In this document: positions 61,295 through 64,000 of the stretch, one piece after another | How positions within the stretch are numbered: the first letter of the stretch is position 1 | Layout: every line of letters starts with the position of its first letter | From: the human T2T-CHM13v2.0 reference genome, Homo sapiens | DNA length: 64,000 bases | Reading direction: 5' to 3' (one strand) | NCBI RefSeq assembly: GCF_009914755.1 | Contig: NC_060926.1 | Notes under the pieces: generated by a model | Told to the model about the DNA's origin: nothing | Seen by the model: only the letters and a program-made list of their open reading frames with translations | Database searches by the model: none | Program-made: the position numbers and the translations under genes

Positions 61295-64000
61295 ATTGAA
61301 AAAGATAATACACCAGCATCAAGTAGGATTTATCCCAGGAATGCAAAGATAGTTTAATATATGCAAATCAATAAATGTAATACATCACATCAATAATATG
61401 AAGGACAAAAACCATGTGATCATCTGAATAGATGCAGAAAAAGCATTTGATAAAATTCAACAACACGTAATGGTAAAAACTCTCAATAAATTAGGTATGG
61501 TGAGAAAATACTCAACATACCGCAGCTAACATCATACTGAATGCAGAAAAACTGAAAGCTTTTTCTGTAAGAACTGGAACAAGATAAAGATGCCCACTTT
61601 CACCACTCTTATTCAACACAGTACTGGAAGTTTAAGCTGGAGTAATTAGGCAAGAGAATGAAATAAAGGCCATCCAAATTGGAAAGGAGGAAGCCTGTCT
61701 GCAGACAATATCATCTTATATATAGAAAAACCCAAAGAGTCTACCAAAAAATTCTTAGAACTGATAAACGAATTCAGTAAAGTTGGAGAATACAAAACCA
61801 GTATCCAGAATTCTTGGCATTTCTATACAAACAATGAACTAGCTGAAAAATAAATCAAGAAGGAAATCACATTTATAATAGCTACAAAAATTAAAACACT
61901 TTGGAACAAATTTAACAGAGAAGGTGGAAGACCTCTATAAGGAAAATGATAAAACACTGAGAAAAGAAATTGAAGAGGATTCAAACAAATGAAAAAACAT
62001 CCAATGTTCATGGATCAGAAGAATTAGCATTGTTAAAATGATTGCTACCCAAAACAATCTACAGATTCAATGCAATCTTTATCAAAATAGCAATGACATC
62101 CACACAGAAATAGAATAAAAAATCCTAAAATCTGTATGGACCCTCCAAGGACACTGAATAACCAGAGCAATTCTGAGCAAAAAGAACAAAGCTAACATCA
62201 TCAAAATACCAGACTTCAAAATATACTACAAAGCTGTGGTAACCAAAGCTGCATGGTACTGGCATAAAAACAAAAACAGACCACTGGAACAGAATAGAGA
62301 ACCCAGAAATTAATCCATGTAACTACAGCCAACTGATTTTTGACAAGGGCACCAAGAACATAGATTAGGGAAAGGACATCTCTTTGATAAATGCTACTGG
62401 GAAAACTGGATGTCTATATGCTGAAGAATGAAACTAAACCCCCACCCCTCTCTCTATACAAAAATCAACTCAAAATGAATCAAAGACCTAAATTTAAGAC
62501 CTAAAACTATAAAACTACTAGAAGCAAACAAAGGGAAAATGCTTCAAGACATTGATCTGGGAAAAGATGTTATGAATAAGACCTCAAAAGTACAGGCAAT
62601 AAGAGCAAAAATAAACAAATGGGATTATATCAAACTGAAAAGGTTCTATACGGCAAAGGAAACAATCAACAAAGTGGAGACAACCTACAGAATGGGAGAA
62701 AATATTTGTAAATTACCCATCTGACAGAGGATTAATATCCAGACTATACAAGCATCTCAGACATCTCAACAGCAAAAAGCAAACAATCCAATTTTAAAAT
62801 AGGCAAATGATCTGAACAAACATTTCTCAAAGGAAGACATGCAAATGGCCAATACATACATGAAAAAAATGCTCAACATCACTAATCATCAGGGAGATGC
62901 AAATAAAAACCATAATGAGGTATAATCTCACCCCAGTTAGGATGGCCATTATCAAAAAGACAAAAAAGAAATAGCAAATACTGGCAAGGATGGAGAGAAA
63001 AAGGAACTTTTATACACTGTTGGTGGGAAAGTAAACTAGTATCGTCACTATGAAGAACAGTATGAAGGTTCCTCAGAAAACTAGAAGTAGAACTACCAGA
63101 TGATCCAGGAATTCCACTACTGGGTATTTATTCAAAGGAAAGAAAATGAGTATATCCAAGAGACATCTGCACCCCATGTTTATTGCAGCATTATTCACAA
63201 TAGCTAAGATATGGAATCAACCTAAGTGTCCAACAACAGACAAACTAATAAAATGTGTTACAGGAGCATACGTGTTCTCACTTATAAGTGAGAGCTACAC
63301 ACTGGGTACACTTGGACATAAAAATGAGAATAGATCCTGGAGACAACCTGAAGGAGGAGAGAGGGAGGCAGGCAAAGGTTGAAAAACTATTGTATACTAT
63401 GCTCACTTACTAGGGTGATGGTGTCAATCTACCCCAAACCTCAGCATAACACTATACACACATGCAAAAAACCTATACATGTACTCCCTGAATCTGAAAT
63501 AAAAGCTGAAAAAGGTGATATATATATATACACAATGGAATACTATTCAACCATAAGGAAAAATAAGATTTTGTCATTCACAGCAACATAAATGCAACTG
63601 GATGGCACTATGCTAAGTAAAACAAGCCAAAATCAGAAAGTTAACACTGTATGTTCTCAGTTATATGTGAAAGCTAAAGAAAAGTTGAGCTCATAGAAAT
63701 AAAAAGTAGAACAGAAGATACTAGGGTAGATAGTCAACTAGATACTCTAGTAGATACTAGAGAAGTGGCAGATAGGAGACATTTGTTAAAGGACAGCTAA
63801 AAAAGAGGAATAGGTTCTAGTGTTCTATAGCATTGTAGGATGACTATAGTTAAAAATAACATTATATAGATTCAAATAGTTAGAAGGAGGATATTGAATC
63901 TCCCCAACACAAAGAAATGGTAAATGTTTGAGATGATGAATATGCTAATTACCCTGATCCTATCACTATACATTATATGTATGGCAACATTACTATATTC
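61295..64000 (+). mobile_element. L1MA (MA3/4-like) ORF2 RT-to-3' UTR fragment, running off the window
   Basis: gatttatcccaggaatgcaa...atagatgcagaaaaagcatttgataaaattcaaca; 3' UTR caacacaaagaaatggtaaatgtttgagatgatg. Confidence 0.85.
63261..63510 (+). mobile_element. L1PA16/17 or L1PB-type 3' end inserted in the L1MA
   Basis: gttctcacttataagtg...ccccaaacctcagcat...ccctgaatctgaaataaaagctgaaa; decayed TSD aaaatgtgtta / aaaaggtgata. Confidence 0.7.

Overview
Human genomic DNA: it carries two human-specific AluYb elements, one matching AluYb8 and one AluYb9. The window is AT-rich and CpG-poor and is dominated by interspersed repeats. I find no recognisable host protein-coding exon, RNA gene or CpG-island promoter. 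The only real protein homology in the ORF track comes from LINE-1: a full-length but inactivated L1PA4-type element at 29497-35647, plus many L1 fragments. The other short ORFs are Alu/L1 read-throughs or chance ORFs. The most notable observations are: (1) a probable L1 3' transduction at 17.6-18.4 kb; (2) one target site hit twice in succession (MLT1B, then Alu, then full-length L1); (3) a near-consensus AluYb8 forming a tight inverted Alu pair around a (GT)n(TA)n spacer; (4) a 5'-truncated AluYb9; (5) a few candidate lncRNA/micro-exons and AP-1/Maf/TEAD motif clusters in the unique DNA. I see no evidence for a new multi-gene biological system. Repeat subfamily calls come from recalled consensus diagnostics, not from a RepeatMasker run, and the boundaries of old repeats are approximate.
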